From assembly GCF_009914755.1 (NCBI RefSeq), contig NC_060925.1: DNA of 64,000 nucleotides, one strand, 5' to 3'. The notes under the pieces were generated by a model that made no database searches, had not been told where the DNA came from, and saw only the letters and a program-made list of their open reading frames with translations. The position numbers were made by a program, and so were the translations under genes. This document shows positions 13,715 through 28,800 of the stretch, piece by piece. This DNA is from the human T2T-CHM13v2.0 reference genome, Homo sapiens. Position 1 is the first letter of the stretch, and each line of letters opens with the position of its first letter.

Positions 13715-16700
13715 TTGAACGGAATCGAATGGAATCATCATCGGATGGAAATGAATGGAATCATCATCGAATGGAATCGAATAGAATTATGGAATGAAAT
13801 CCAGTGTGATCATCATCGAATGGACCCGAATGGAATCATCATCCAACGGAAGCTAATGGAATCAACATCGAATGAATCGAATGGAAACACCATCGAATTG
13901 AAACGAATGGAATTATCATGAAATTGAAATGGATGGACTCATCATCGAATGGATTCGAATGGAATCATCGAATAAAATTGATTGAAATCATCATCGAATG
14001 GAATCGAATGGTATCATTGAATGGAATCGAATGGAATCATCATCTGATGGAAATGAATGGAATCGTCATAGAATGGAATCGAATGGATTCACTGAATGGA
14101 ATCAGATGGAATCATCGAATGGACTGGAATGGAATCATTGAATGGACTCGAAAGGGATCATTATTGAATGGAATTGAATGGAATCATCGAATGGTCTCTA
14201 TTGGAATCATTATCAAATGGAATCGAATGGAATCATCGAATAGAATCGAATGGAACAATCATCGAATGGACTCCAATGGAATTATCCTCAAATGGAATCG
14301 AATGGAAATATCGAATGCAATCGAATGGAATTATCGAATGCAATCGAATAGAATCATCGAATGGACTCGAATGGAATCATCGAATGGAATGGAATGGAAC
14401 AGTCAATGAACTCGAATGGAATCATCATTGAATGGAATCGAATGGAATCATCGAGTGGAATCGAATGGAATTATGATCAAATGGAATCGAATGTAATCAT
14501 CATCAAATGGAATCAAAAATAACCATCATCAATTGGTATTGAATGGAATTGTCATCAAATGGAATTCAAAGGAATCATCATCAAATGGAACTGAATGGAA
14601 TCCTCATTGAATGGAAATGAAAGGGGTCATCATCTAATGGAATCGCATGGAATCATCATCAAATGGAATCGAATGGAATCATCATCAAATGGAATCTAAT
14701 GGAATCATTGAAAGAATTGAATGGAATCATCATCGAATGAATTGAATGCAATCATCGAATGGTCTCGAATGGAATCATCTTCTAATGGAAAGGAATGGAA
14801 TCATCGCATAGAATCGAATGGAATTATCATCGAATGGAATCGAATGGTATCAACACCAAACGGAAAAAAACGGAATTATGGAATGGAATCGAAGAGAATC
14901 TTCGAACGGACCCGAATGGAATCATCTAATGGAATGGAATGGAATAATCCATGGACACGAATGCAATCATCATCGAATGGAATCGAATGGAATCATCGAA
15001 TGGACTCGAATGGAATAATCATTGAACGGAATCGAATGGAATCATCATCGCATGGAAACGAATGGAATCATCATCGAATGGAAATGAAAGGAGTCATCAT
15101 CTAATGGAATTGCATGGAATCATCATCAAATGGAATCGAATGGAATCAACATCAAATGGAATCAAATGGAATCATTGAACGGAATTGAATGGAATCGTCA
15201 TCGAATGAATTGAATGCAATCATCGAATGGTCTCGAATGGAATCATCTTAAAATGGAATGGAATGGAATCATCGCATAGAATCGAATGGAATTATCATCG
15301 AATGGAATCGAATGGAATCAACATCAAACGGAAAAAAACGGAATTATCGAATGGAATCGAAGAGAATCATCGAATGGACCCGAATGGAATCATCTAATGG
15401 AATGGAATGGAATAATCCATGGACTCGAATGCAATCATCATCGAATGGAATCGAATGGAATCATCGAATGGACTCGAATGGAATAATCATTGAACGGAAT
15501 CGAATGGAATCATCATCGGATGGAAATGAATGGAATCATCATCGAATGGAATCGAATAGAATTATGGAATGAAATCCAGTGTGATCATCATCGAATGGAC
15601 CCGAATGGAATCATCATCCAACGGAAGCTAATGGAATCAACATCGAATGAATCAAATGGAAACACCATCGAATTGAAACGAATGGAATTACCATGAAATT
15701 CAAATGGATGGACTCATCATCAAATGGATTCGAGTGGAATCATCAAATAAAATTGATTGAAATCATCATCGAATGGAATCGAATGGTATCATTGAATGGA
15801 ATCGAATGGAATCATCATCAGATGGAAATGAAAGGAATCGTCATAGAATGGAATCGAATGGATTCATTGAATGGAATCAGATGGAATCATCGAATGGACT
15901 GGAATGGAATCATTGAATGGACTCGAAAGGGATCATTATTGAATGGAATTGAATGGAATCATCGAATGGTCTCGATTGGAATCATTATCAAATGGAATCG
16001 AATGGAATCACCGAATAGAATCGAATGGAACAATCATCGAATGGACTCAAATGGAATTATCCTCAAATGGAATCGAATGGAATTATCGAATGCAATCGAA
16101 TGGAATTATCGAATGCAATCGAATAGAATCAACGAATGGACTCGAATGGAATCATCGAATGGAATGGAATGGAACAGTCAATGAACTCGAATGGAATCAT
16201 CATTGAATGGAATCGAATGGAATCATCGAGTGGAATCTAAAGGAATTATGACCAAATGGAATCGAATATAATCATCATCAAATGGAATCAAAAATAAACA
16301 TCATCAATTGGTATTGAATGGAATTGTCATCAAATGGAATTCAAAGGAATCATCATCAAATGGAACCGAATGGAATCCTCATTGAATGGAAATGAAAGGG
16401 GTCATCATCTAATGGAATCGCATGGAATCATCATCAAATGGAATCGAATGGAATCATCATCAAATGGAATCTAATGGAATCATTGAACAGAATTGAATGG
16501 AATAGTCATCGAATGAATTGAATGCAATCATCGAATGGTCTCGAATGGAATCATCTTCTAATGGAAAGGAATGGAATCATCGCATAGAATCGAATGGAAT
16601 TATCATCGAATGGAATCGAATGATATCAACACCAAACGGAAAATAACGGAATTATCGAATGGAATCGAAGAGAATCTTCGAACGGACCCGAATGGAATCA

Positions 16701-17265
16701 TCTAATGGAATGGAATGGAATAATCCATGGACTCGAATGCAATCATCATCGAATGGAATCGAATGGAATCATCGAATGGACTCGAATGGAATAATCATTG
16801 AACGGAATCGAATGGAATCATCATCGGATGGAAACGAATGGAATCATCATCGAATGGAAATGAAAGGAGTCATCATCTAATGGAATTGCATGGAATCATC
16901 ATCAAATGGAATCGAATGGAATCAACATCAAATGGAATCAAATGGAATCATTGAACGGAATTGAATGGAATCGTCATCGAATGAATTGAATGCAATCATC
17001 GAATGGTCTCAAATGGAATCATCTTCAAATGGAATGGAATGGAATCATCGCATAGAATCGAATGGAATTATCATCGAATGGAATCGAATGGAATCAACAT
17101 CAAACGGAAAAAAACGGAATTATCGAATGGAATCGAAGAGAATCATCGAATGGACCCGAATGGAATCATCTAATGGAATGGAATGGAATAATCCATGGAC
17201 TCGAATGCAATCATCATCGAATGGAATCGAATGGAATCATCGAATGGACTCGAATGGAATAATCA

Positions 17266-20200
17266 TTGAACGGAATCGAATGGAATCATCATCGGATGGA
17301 AATGAATGGAATCATCATTGAATGGAATCGAATAGAATTATGGAATGAAATCCAGGGTGATCATCATCGAATGGACCCGAATGGAATCATCATCCAACGG
17401 AAGCTAATGGAATCAACATCGAATGAATCAAATGGAAACACCATCGAATTGAAACGAATGGAATTATCATGAAATTGAAATGGATGGACTCATCATCGAA
17501 TGGATTCGAATGGAATCATCGAATAAAATTGATTGAAATCATCATCGAATGGAATCGAATGGTATCATTGAATGGAATCGAATGGAATCATCCTCAGATG
17601 GAAATGAATGGAATCGTCATAGAATGGAATCGAATGGATTCATTGAATGGAATCAGATGGAATCATCGAATGGACTGGAATGGAATCATTGAATGGACTC
17701 GAAAGGGATCATGATTGAATGGAATTGAATGGAATCATCGAATGGTCTCGATTGGAATCATTATCAAATGGAATCGAATGGAATCACCGAATAGAATCGA
17801 ATGGAACAATCATCGAATGGACTCAAATGGAATTATCCTCAAATGGAATCGAATGGAATTATCGAATGCAATCGAATGGAATTATCGAATGCAATCGAAT
17901 AGAATCATCGAATGGACTCGAATGGAATCATCGAATGGAATGGAATGGAACAGTCAATGAACTCGAATGGAATCATCATTGAATGGAATCGAATGGAATC
18001 ATCGAGTGGAATCGAATGGAATTATGATCAAATGGAATCGAATGTAATCATCATCAAATGGAATCAAAAATAACCATCATCAATTGGTATTGAATGGAAT
18101 TGTCATCAAATGGAATTCAAAGGAATCATCATCAAATGGAACCGAATGGAATCCTCATTGAATGGAAATGAAAGGGGTCATCATCTAATGGAATCGCATG
18201 GAATCATCATAAAATGGAATCGAATGGAATCAACATCAAATGGAATCAAATGGAATCATTGAACGGAATTGAATGGAATCGTCATGGAATGAATTGGATG
18301 CAATCATCGAATGGTCTCGAATGGAATCTTCTTCAAATGGAATGGAATGGAATCATCGCATAGAATCGAATGGAATTATCATCGAATGGAATCGAATGGA
18401 ATCAACATCAAACGGAAAAAAACGGAATTATCGAATGGAACCGAAGAGAATCATCGAATGGACCCGAATGGAATCATCTAATAGAATGGAATGGAATAAT
18501 CCATGGACTCGAATGCAATCATCATCGAATGGAATCGAATGGAATCATCGAATGGACTCGAATGGAATAATCATTGAACGGAATCGATTGGAATCATCAT
18601 CGGATGGAAACGAATGGAATCATCATCGAATGGAAATGAAAGGAGTCATCATCTAATGGAATTGCATGGAATCATCATAAAATGGAATCGAATGGAATCA
18701 ACATCAAATGGAATCAAATGGAATCATTGAACGGAATTGAATGGAATCGTCATCGAATGAATTGACTGCAATCATCCAATGGTCTCGAATGGAATCATCT
18801 TCAAATGGAATGGAATGGAATCATCGCATAGAATCGAATGGAATTATCATCGAATGGAATCGAATGGAATCAACATCCAACGGAAAAAAACGGAATTATC
18901 GAATGGAATCGAAGAGAATCATCGAATGGACCCGAATGGAATCATCTAATGGAATGGAATGGAATAATCCATGGACTCGAATGCAATCATCATCGAATGG
19001 AATCGAATGGAATCATCGAATGGACTCGAAAGGGATCATGATTGAATGGAATTGAATGGAATCATCGAATGGTCTCGATTGGAATCATTATCAAATGGAA
19101 TCGAATGGAATCACCGAATAGAATCGAATGGAACAATCATCGAATGGACTCAAATGGAATTATCCTCCAATGGAATGGAATGGAATTATCGAATGCAATC
19201 GAATGGAATTATCGAATGCAATCGAATAGAATCATCGAATGGACTCGAATGGAATCATCGAATGGAATGGAATGGAACAGTCAATGAACTCGAATGGAAT
19301 CATCATTGAATGGAATCGAATGGAATCATCGAGTGGAATCGAATGGAATTATGATCAAATGGAATCGAATGTAATCATCATCAAATGGAATCAAAAATAA
19401 CCATCATCAATTGGTATTGAATGGAATTGTCATCAAATGGAATTCAAAGGAATCATCATCAAATGGAACCGAATGGAATCCTCATTGAATGGAAATGAAA
19501 GGGGTCATCATCTAATGGAATCGCATGGAATCATCATCAAATGGAATCGAATGGAATCATCATCAAATGGAATCTAATGGAATCATTGAACAGAATTGAA
19601 TGGAATCGTCATCGAATGAATTGAATGCAATCATCGAATGGTCTCGAATGGATTCATCTTCTAATGGAAAGGAATGGAATCATCGCATAGAATCGAATGG
19701 AATTATCATCGAATGGAATCGAATGGTATCAACACCAAACGGAAAAAAACGGAATTATCGAATGGAATCGAAGAGAATCTTCGAACGGACCCGAATGGAA
19801 TCATCTAATGGAATGGAATGGAATAATCCATGGACTCGAATGCAATCATCATCGAATGGAATCGAATGGAATCATCGAATGGACTCGAATGGAATAATCA
19901 TTGAACGGAATCGATTGGAATCATCATCGGATGGAAACGAATGGAATCATCATCGAATGGAAATGAAAGGAGTCATCATCTAATGGAATTGCATGGAATC
20001 ATCATAAAATGGAATCGAATGGAATCAACATCAAATGGAATCAAATGGAATCATTGAACGGAATTGAATGGAATCGTCATCGAATGAATTGACTGCAATC
20101 ATCCAATGGTCTCGAATGGAATCATCTTCAAATGGAATGGAATGGAATCATCGCATAGAATCGAATGGAATTATCATCGAATGGAATCGAATGGAATCAA

Positions 20201-20368
20201 CATCCAACGGAAAAAAACGGAATTATCGAATGGAATCGAAGAGAATCATCGAATGGACCCGAATGGAATCATGTAATGGAATGGAATGGAATAATCCATG
20301 GACTCGAATGCAATCATCATCGAATGGAATCGAATGGAATCATCGAATGGACTCGAATGGAATAATCA
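17266..20368 (+). repeat. 3,103-bp unit: a full monomer plus a 1,327-bp monomer carrying a 449-bp deletion; second copy at 32473-35575
   Basis: Landmark spacing is 3,103 in both places. The junction GAATGGACTCGAA|AGGGATCATG at ~19030 and ~34237 removes the TCCAGTGTGA segment. Confidence 0.88.
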
Positions 20369-22860
20369 TTGAACGGAATCGAATGGAATCATCATCGGAT
20401 GGAAATGAATGGAATCATCATCGAATGGAATCGAATAGAATTATGGAATGAAATCCAGTGTGATCATCATCGAATGGACCCGAATGGAATCATCATCCAA
20501 CGGAAGCTAATGGAATCAACATCGAATGAATCAAATGGAAACACCATCGAATTGAAACGAATGGAATTATCATGAAATTGAAATGGATGGACTCATCATC
20601 GAATGGATTCGAATGGAATCATCGAATAAAATTGATTGAAATCATCATCGAATGGAATCGAATGGTATCATTGAATGGAATCGAATGGAATCATCATCAG
20701 ATGGAAATGAATGGAATCGTCATAGAATGGAATCGAATGGATTCATTGAATGGAATCAGATGGAATCATCGAATGGACTGGAATGGAATCATTGAATGGA
20801 CTCGAAAGGGATCATGATTGAATGGAATTGAATGGAATCATCGAATGGTCTCGATTGGAATCATTATCAAATGGAATCGAATGGAATCACCGAATAGAAT
20901 CGAATGGAACAATCATCGAATGGACTCAAATGGAATTATCCTCAAATGGAATCGAATGGAATTATCGAATGCAATCGAATGGAATTATCGAATGCAATCG
21001 AATAGAATCATCGAATGGACTCGAATGGAATCATCGAATGGAATGGAATGGAACAGTCAATGAACTCGAATGGAATCATCATTGAATGGAATCGAATGGA
21101 ATCATCGAGTGGAATCGAATGGAATTATGATCAAATGGAATCGAATGTAATCATCATCAAATGGAATCAAAAATAACCATCATCAATTGGTATTGAATGG
21201 AATTGTCATCAAATGGAATTCAAAGGAATCATCATCAAATGGAACCGAATGGAATCCTCATTGAATGGAAATGAAAGGGGTCATCATCTAATGGAATCGC
21301 ATGGAATCATCATAAAATGGAATCGAATGGAATCAACATCAAATGGAATCAAATGGAATCATTGAACGGAATTGAATGGAATCGTCATCGAATGAATTGG
21401 ATGCAATCATCGAATTGTCTCGAATGGAATCTTCTTCAAATGGAATGGAATGGAATCATCGCATAGAATCGAATGGAATTATCATCGAATGGAATCGAAT
21501 GGAATCAACATCAAACGGAAAAAAACGGAATTATCGAATGGAACCGAAGAGAATCATCGAATGGACCCGAATGGAATCATCTAATAGAATGGAATGGAAT
21601 AATCCATGGACTCGAATGCAATCATCATCGAATGGAATCGAATGGAATCATCGAATGGACTCGAATGGAATAATCATTGAACGGAATCGATTGGAATCAT
21701 CATCGGATGGAAACGAATGGAATCATCATCGAATGGAAATGAAAGGAGTCATCATCTAATGGAATTGCATGGAATCATCATAAAATGGAATCGAATGGAA
21801 TCAACATCAAATGGAATCAAATGGAATCATTGAACGGAATTGAATGGAATCGTCATCGAATGAATTGACTGCAATCATCCAATGGTCTCGAATGGAATCA
21901 TCTTCAAATTGAATGGAATGGAATCATCGCATAGAAGCGAATGGAATTATCATCGAATGGAATCGAATGGAATCAACATCCAACGGAAAAAAACGGAATT
22001 ATCGAATGGAATCGAAGAGAATCATCGAATGGACCCGAATGGAATCATCTAATGGAATGGAATGGAATAATCCATGGACTCGAATGCAATCATCATCGAA
22101 TGGAATCGAATGGAATCATCGAATGGACTCGAATGAAATAATCATTGAACGGAATCGAATGGAATCATCATCGGATGGAAATGAATGGAATCATCATCGA
22201 ATGGAATCGAATAGAATTATGGAATGAAATCCAGTGTGATCATCATCGAATGGACCCGAATGGAATCATCATCCAACGGAAGCTAATGGAATCAACATCG
22301 AATGAATCAAATGGAAACACCATCGAATTGAAACGAATGGAATTATCATGAAATTGAAATGGATGGACTCATCATCGAATGGATTCGAAAGGAATCATCG
22401 AATAAAATTGATTGAAATCATCATCGAATGGAATCGAATGGTATCATTGAATGGAATCGAATGGAATCATCATCAGATGGAAATGAATGGAATCGTCATA
22501 GAATGGAATCGAATGGATTCATTGAATGGAATCAGATGGAATCATCGAATGGACTGGAATGGAATCATTGAATGGACTCGAAAGGGATCATGATTGAATG
22601 GAATTGAATGGAATCATCGAATGGTCTCGATTGGAATCATTATCAAATGGAATCGAATGGAATCACCGAATAGAATCGAATGGAACAATCATCGAATGGA
22701 CTCAAATGGAATTATCCTCCAATGGAATCGAATGGAATTATCGAATGCAATCTAATGGAATTATCGAATGCAATCGAATAGAATCATCGAATGGACTCGA
22801 ATGGAATCATCGAATGGAATGGAATGGAACAGTCAATGAACTCGAATGGAATCATCATTG

Positions 22861-25800
22861 AATGGAATCGAATCGAATCATCGAGTGGAATCGAATGGAA
22901 TTATGATCAAATGGAATCGAATGTAATCATCATCAAATGGAATCAAAAATAACCATCATCAATTGGTATTGAATGGAATTCTCATCAAATGGAATTCAAA
23001 GGAATCATCATCAAATGGAACTGAATGGAATCCTCATTGAATGGAAATGAAAGGGGTCATCATCTAATGGAATCGCATGGAATCATCATCAAATGGAATC
23101 GAATGGAATCATCATCAAATGGAATCTGATGGAATCATTGAACAGAATTGAATGGAATCGTCATCGAATGAATTGAATGCAATCATCGAATGGTCTCGAA
23201 TGTAATCACATTCTAATGGAAAGGAATGGAATCATCGCATAGAATCGAATGGAATTAACATTGAATGGACTCGAATGGAATCAACATCAAACGGAATCAA
23301 GCGGAATTATCGAATGGAATCGAAGAGAATCATCGAATGGTCTCGAATGGAATCATCTTCTAATGGAAAGGAATGGAATCATCGCATAGAATCGAATGGA
23401 ATTAACATTGAATGGACTCGAATGGAATCAACATCAAATGGAATCAAGCGGAATGATCGAATGAAATCGAAGAGAATCATCGAATGGACTCGAATGGAAT
23501 CATCTAATGGAATGGAATGGAATAATCCACGGACTCGAATGCAATCATCATCCTATAGAATCAAATGGAATCATCGAAAGGACTCGAATGGAATAACCAT
23601 TGAACGGAATCGAATGGAATCATCATCGGATGGAAACGAATGGAATCATCATCGAATGGAAATGAAATGAGTCATCATCTAATGGAATTGCATGGAATCA
23701 TCATAAAATGGAATCGAATGGAATCATCATCAAATGGAATCAAATGGAATCATTGAACGGAATTGAATGGAATCGTCATCGAATGAATTGAATGCAATCA
23801 TCGAATGGTCTCGAATGGAATCATCTTCAAATGGAATGGAATGGAATCATCGCATAGAATCGAATGGAATTATCATCGAATGGAATCGAATGGTATCAAC
23901 ATCAAACGGAAAAAAACGGAATTATCGAATGGAATCAAAGAGAATCTTCGAACGGACCCGAATGGAATCATCTAATGGAATGGAATGGAATAATCCATGG
24001 ACTCGAATGCAATCATCATCGAATGGAATCGAATGGAATCATTGAAAGGACTCGAATGGAATAATCATTGAACGGAATCGAATGGAATCATCATCGGATG
24101 GAAATGAATGGAATCATCATCGAATGGAATCGAATAGAATTATGGAATGAAATCCAGTGTGATCATCATCGAATGGACCCGAATGGAATCATGATCCAAC
24201 GGAAGCTAATGGAATCAACATCGAATGAATCGAATGGAAACACCATCGAATTGAAACGAATGGAATTATCATGAAATTGAAATGGATGGACTCATCATCG
24301 AATGGATTCGAAAGGAATCATCGAATAAAATTGATTGAAATCATCATCGAATGGAATCGAATGGTATCATTGAATGGAATCGAATGGAATCATCATCAGA
24401 TGGAAATGAATGGAATCGTCATAGAATGGAATCGAATGGATTCATTGAATGGAATCAGATGGAATCATCGAATGGACTGGAATGGAATCATTGAATGGAC
24501 TCGAAAGAGATCATGATCGAATGGAATTGAATGGAATCATCGAATGGTCTCGATTGGAATCATTATCAAATGGAATCGAATGGAATCACCGAATAGAATC
24601 GAATGGAACAATCATCGAATGGACTCAAATGGAATTATCCTCCAATGGAATCGAATGGAATTATCGAATGCAATCGAATGGAATTATCGAATGCAATCGA
24701 ATAGAATCATCGAATGGACTCGAATGGAATCATCGAATGGAATGGAATGGAACAGTCAATGAACTCGAATGGAATCATCATTGAATGGAATCGAATGGAA
24801 TCATCGAGTGGAATCGAATGGAATTATGATCAAATGGAATCGAATATAATCATCATCAAATGGAATCAAAAATAACCATCATCAATTGGTATTGAATGGA
24901 ATTTTCATCAAATGGAATTCAAAGGAAACATCATCTAATGGAACCGAATGGAATCCTCATTGAATGGAAATGAAAGGGGTCATCATCTAATGGAATTGCA
25001 TGGAATCATCATCAAATGGAATCGAATGGAATCATCATCAAATGGAATCTAATGGAATCATTCAACAGAATTGAATGGAATCGTCATCGAATGAATTGAA
25101 TGCAATCATCGAATGGTCTCGAATGGAACCATCTTCTAATGGAAAGGAATGGAATCATCGCATAGAATCGAATGGAATTATCATCGAATGGAATCGAATG
25201 GTATCAACACCAAACGGAAAAAAACGGAATTATCGAATGGAATCGAAGAGAATCTTCGAACGGACCCGAATGGAATCATCTAATGGAATGGAATGGAATA
25301 ATCCATGGACTCGAATGCAATCATCATCGAATGGAATCGAATGGAATCATCGAATGGACTCGAATGGAATAATCATTGAACGGAATCGAATGGAATCATC
25401 ATCGGATGGAAACGAATGGAATCATTATCGGATGGGAATGAAAGGAGTCATCATCTAATGGAATTGCATGGAATCATCATAAAATGGAATCGAATGGAAT
25501 CAACATCAAATGGAATCAAATGGAATCATTGAACGGAATTGAATGGAATCGTCATCGAATGAATTGAATGCAATCATCGAATGGTCTCGAATGGAATCAT
25601 CTTCAAATGGAATGGAATGGAATGGAATCATCGCATAGAATCGAATGGAATTATCATCGAATGTAATCGAATGGAATCAACACCAAACGGAAAAAAACGG
25701 AATTATCGAATGGAATCGAAGAGAATCATCGAATGGACCCGAATGGAATCATCTAATGGAATGGAATGGAATAATCCATGGACTCGAATGCAATCATCAT

Positions 25801-28800
25801 CGAATGGAATCGAATGGAATCATCGAATAGACTCGAATGGAATAATCATTGAACGGAATCGAATGGAATCATCATCGGATGGAAACGAATGGAATCATCA
25901 TTGAATGGAATCGAATAGAATTATGGAATGAAATCCAGTGTGATCATCATCGAATGGACCCGAATGGAATCATCATCCAACGGAAGCTAATGGAATCAAC
26001 ATCGAATGAATCGAATGGAAACACCATCGAATTGAAACGAATGGAATTACCATGAAATTGAAATGGATGGACTCATCATCAAATGGATTCGAATGGAATC
26101 ATCGAATAAAATTGATTGAAATCATCATCGAATGGAATCGAATGGTATCATTGAATGGAATCGAATGGAATCATCATCAGATGGAAATGAATGGAATCGT
26201 CATAGAATGGAATCGAATGGATTCATTGAATGGAATCAGATGGAATCATTGAATGGACTGGAATGGAATCATTGAATGGACTCGAAAGGGATCATGATTG
26301 AATGGAATTGAATGGAATCATCGAATGGTCTCGATTGGAATCATTATCAAATGGAATCGAATGGAATCACCGAATAGAATCGAATGGAACAATCATCGAA
26401 TGGACTCAAATGGAATTATCCTCCAATGGAATCGAATGGAATTATCGAATGCAATCGAATGGAATTATCGAATGCAATCGAATAGAATCATCGAATGGAC
26501 TCGAATGGAATCATCGAATGGAATGGAATGGAACAGTCAATGAACTCGAATGGAATCATCATTGAATGGAATCATCGAGAGGAATCGAAAGGAATTATGA
26601 TCAAATGGAATCGAACGTAATCATCATGAAATGGAATCAAAAATAACCATCATCAATTGGTATTGAATGGAATTGTCATCAAATGGAATTCAAAGGAATC
26701 ATCATCAAATGGAACCGAATGGAATCCTCATTGAATGGAAATGAAAGGGGTCATCATCTAATGGAATCGCATGGAATCATCATCAAATGGAATCGAATGG
26801 AATCATCATCAAATGGAATCTAATGGAATCATTGAAAAGAATTGAAGGGAGTCGTCATCGAATGAATTGAATGCAATCATCGAATGGTCTCGAATGGAAT
26901 CATCTTCTAATGGAAAGGACTGGAATCATCGCATAGAATCGAATGGAATTATCATCGAATGGAATCGAATGGTATCAACACCAAACGGAAAAAAACGGAA
27001 TTATCGAATGGAATCGAAGAGAATCTTCGAACGGACCCGAATGGAATCATCTAATGGAATGGAATGGAATAATCCATGGACTCGAATGCAATCATCATCG
27101 AATGGAATCGAATGGAATCATCGAATGGACTCGAATGGAATAATCATTGAACGGAATCGAATGGAATTATCATCGGATGGAAACGAATGGAATCATCATC
27201 GAATGGAAATGTAAGGAGTCATCATCTAATGGAATTGCATGGAATCATCATAAAATGGAATCGAATGGAATCAACATCAAATGGAATCAAATGGAATCAT
27301 TGAACGGAATTGAATGGAATCGTCATCGAATGAATTGAATGCAATCATCGAATGGTCTCGAATGGAATCATCTTCAAATGGAAGGGAATGGAATCATCGC
27401 ATAGAATCGAATGGAATTATCATCGAATGGAATCGAATGGAATCAACATCAAACAGAAAAAAACGGAATTATCGAATGGAATCGAAGAGAATCATCGAAT
27501 GGACCCGAATGGAATCATCTAATGGAATGGAATGGAATAATCCATGGACTCGAATGCAATCATCATCGAATGGAATCGAATGGAATCATCGAATGGACTC
27601 GAATGGAATAATCATTGAACGGAATCGAATGGAATCATCATCGGATGGAAATGAATGGAATCATCATCGAATGGAATCGAATAGAATTATGGAATGAAAT
27701 CCAGTGTGATCATCATCGAATGGACCCGAATGGAATTATCATCCAACGGAAGCTAATGGAATCAACATCGAATGAATCGAATGGAAACACCATCGAATTG
27801 AAACGAATGGAATTACCATGAAATTGAAATGGATGGACTCATCATCGAATGGATTCGAATGGAATCATCGAATAAAATTGATTGAAATCATCATCGAATG
27901 GAATCGAATGGTATCATTGAATGGAATCGAATGGAATCATCATCAGATGGAAATGAATGGAATCGTCATAGAATGGAATCGAATGGATTCATTGAATGGA
28001 ATCAGATGGAATCATCGAATGGACTGGAATGGAATCATTGAATGGACTCGAAAGGGATCATTATTGAATGGAATTGAATGGAATCATCGAATGGTCTCGA
28101 TTGGAATCATTATCAAATGGAATCGAATGGAATCACCGAATAGAATCGAATGGAACAATCATCGAATGGACTCAAATGGAATTATCCTCAAATGGAATCG
28201 AATGGAATTATCGAATGCAATCGAATGTAATTATCGAATGCAATCGAATAGAATCATCGAATGGACTCGAATGGAATCATCGAATGGAATGGAATGGAAC
28301 AGTCAATGAACTCGAATGGAATCATTATTGAATGGAATCGAATGGAATCATCGAGTGGAATCGAATGGAATTATGATCAAATGGAATCGAATGTAATCAT
28401 CATCAAATGGAATCAAAAATAACCATCATCAATTGGTATTGAATGGAATTGTCATCAAATGGAATTTAAGGGAATCATCATCAAATGGAACCGAATGGAA
28501 TCCTCATTGAATGGAAATGAAAGTGGTCATCATCTAATGGAATCGCATGGAATCATCATCAAATGGAATCGAATGGAATCATCATCAAATGGAATCTAAT
28601 GGAATCATTGAAAGAATTGAATGGAATCATCATCGAATGAATTGAATGCAATCATCGAATGGTCTCGAATGGAATCATCTTCTAATGGAAAGGAATGGAA
28701 TCATCGCATAGAATCGAATGGAATTATCATCGAATGGAATCGAATGGTATCAACACCAAACGGAAAAATACGGAATTATCGAATGGAATCGAAGAGAATC

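Larger units (their letters stand above)
4150..22860 (+). repeat. Large tandem segmental duplication within the array, copy 1 (~18.7 kb)
   Basis: Private variants recur at +18,733 (4542->23275, 6848->25581, 7116->25849) and then at +15,207 (11660->26867, 13918->29125, 15693->30900, 21913->37120, 22598->37805). Confidence 0.88.
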
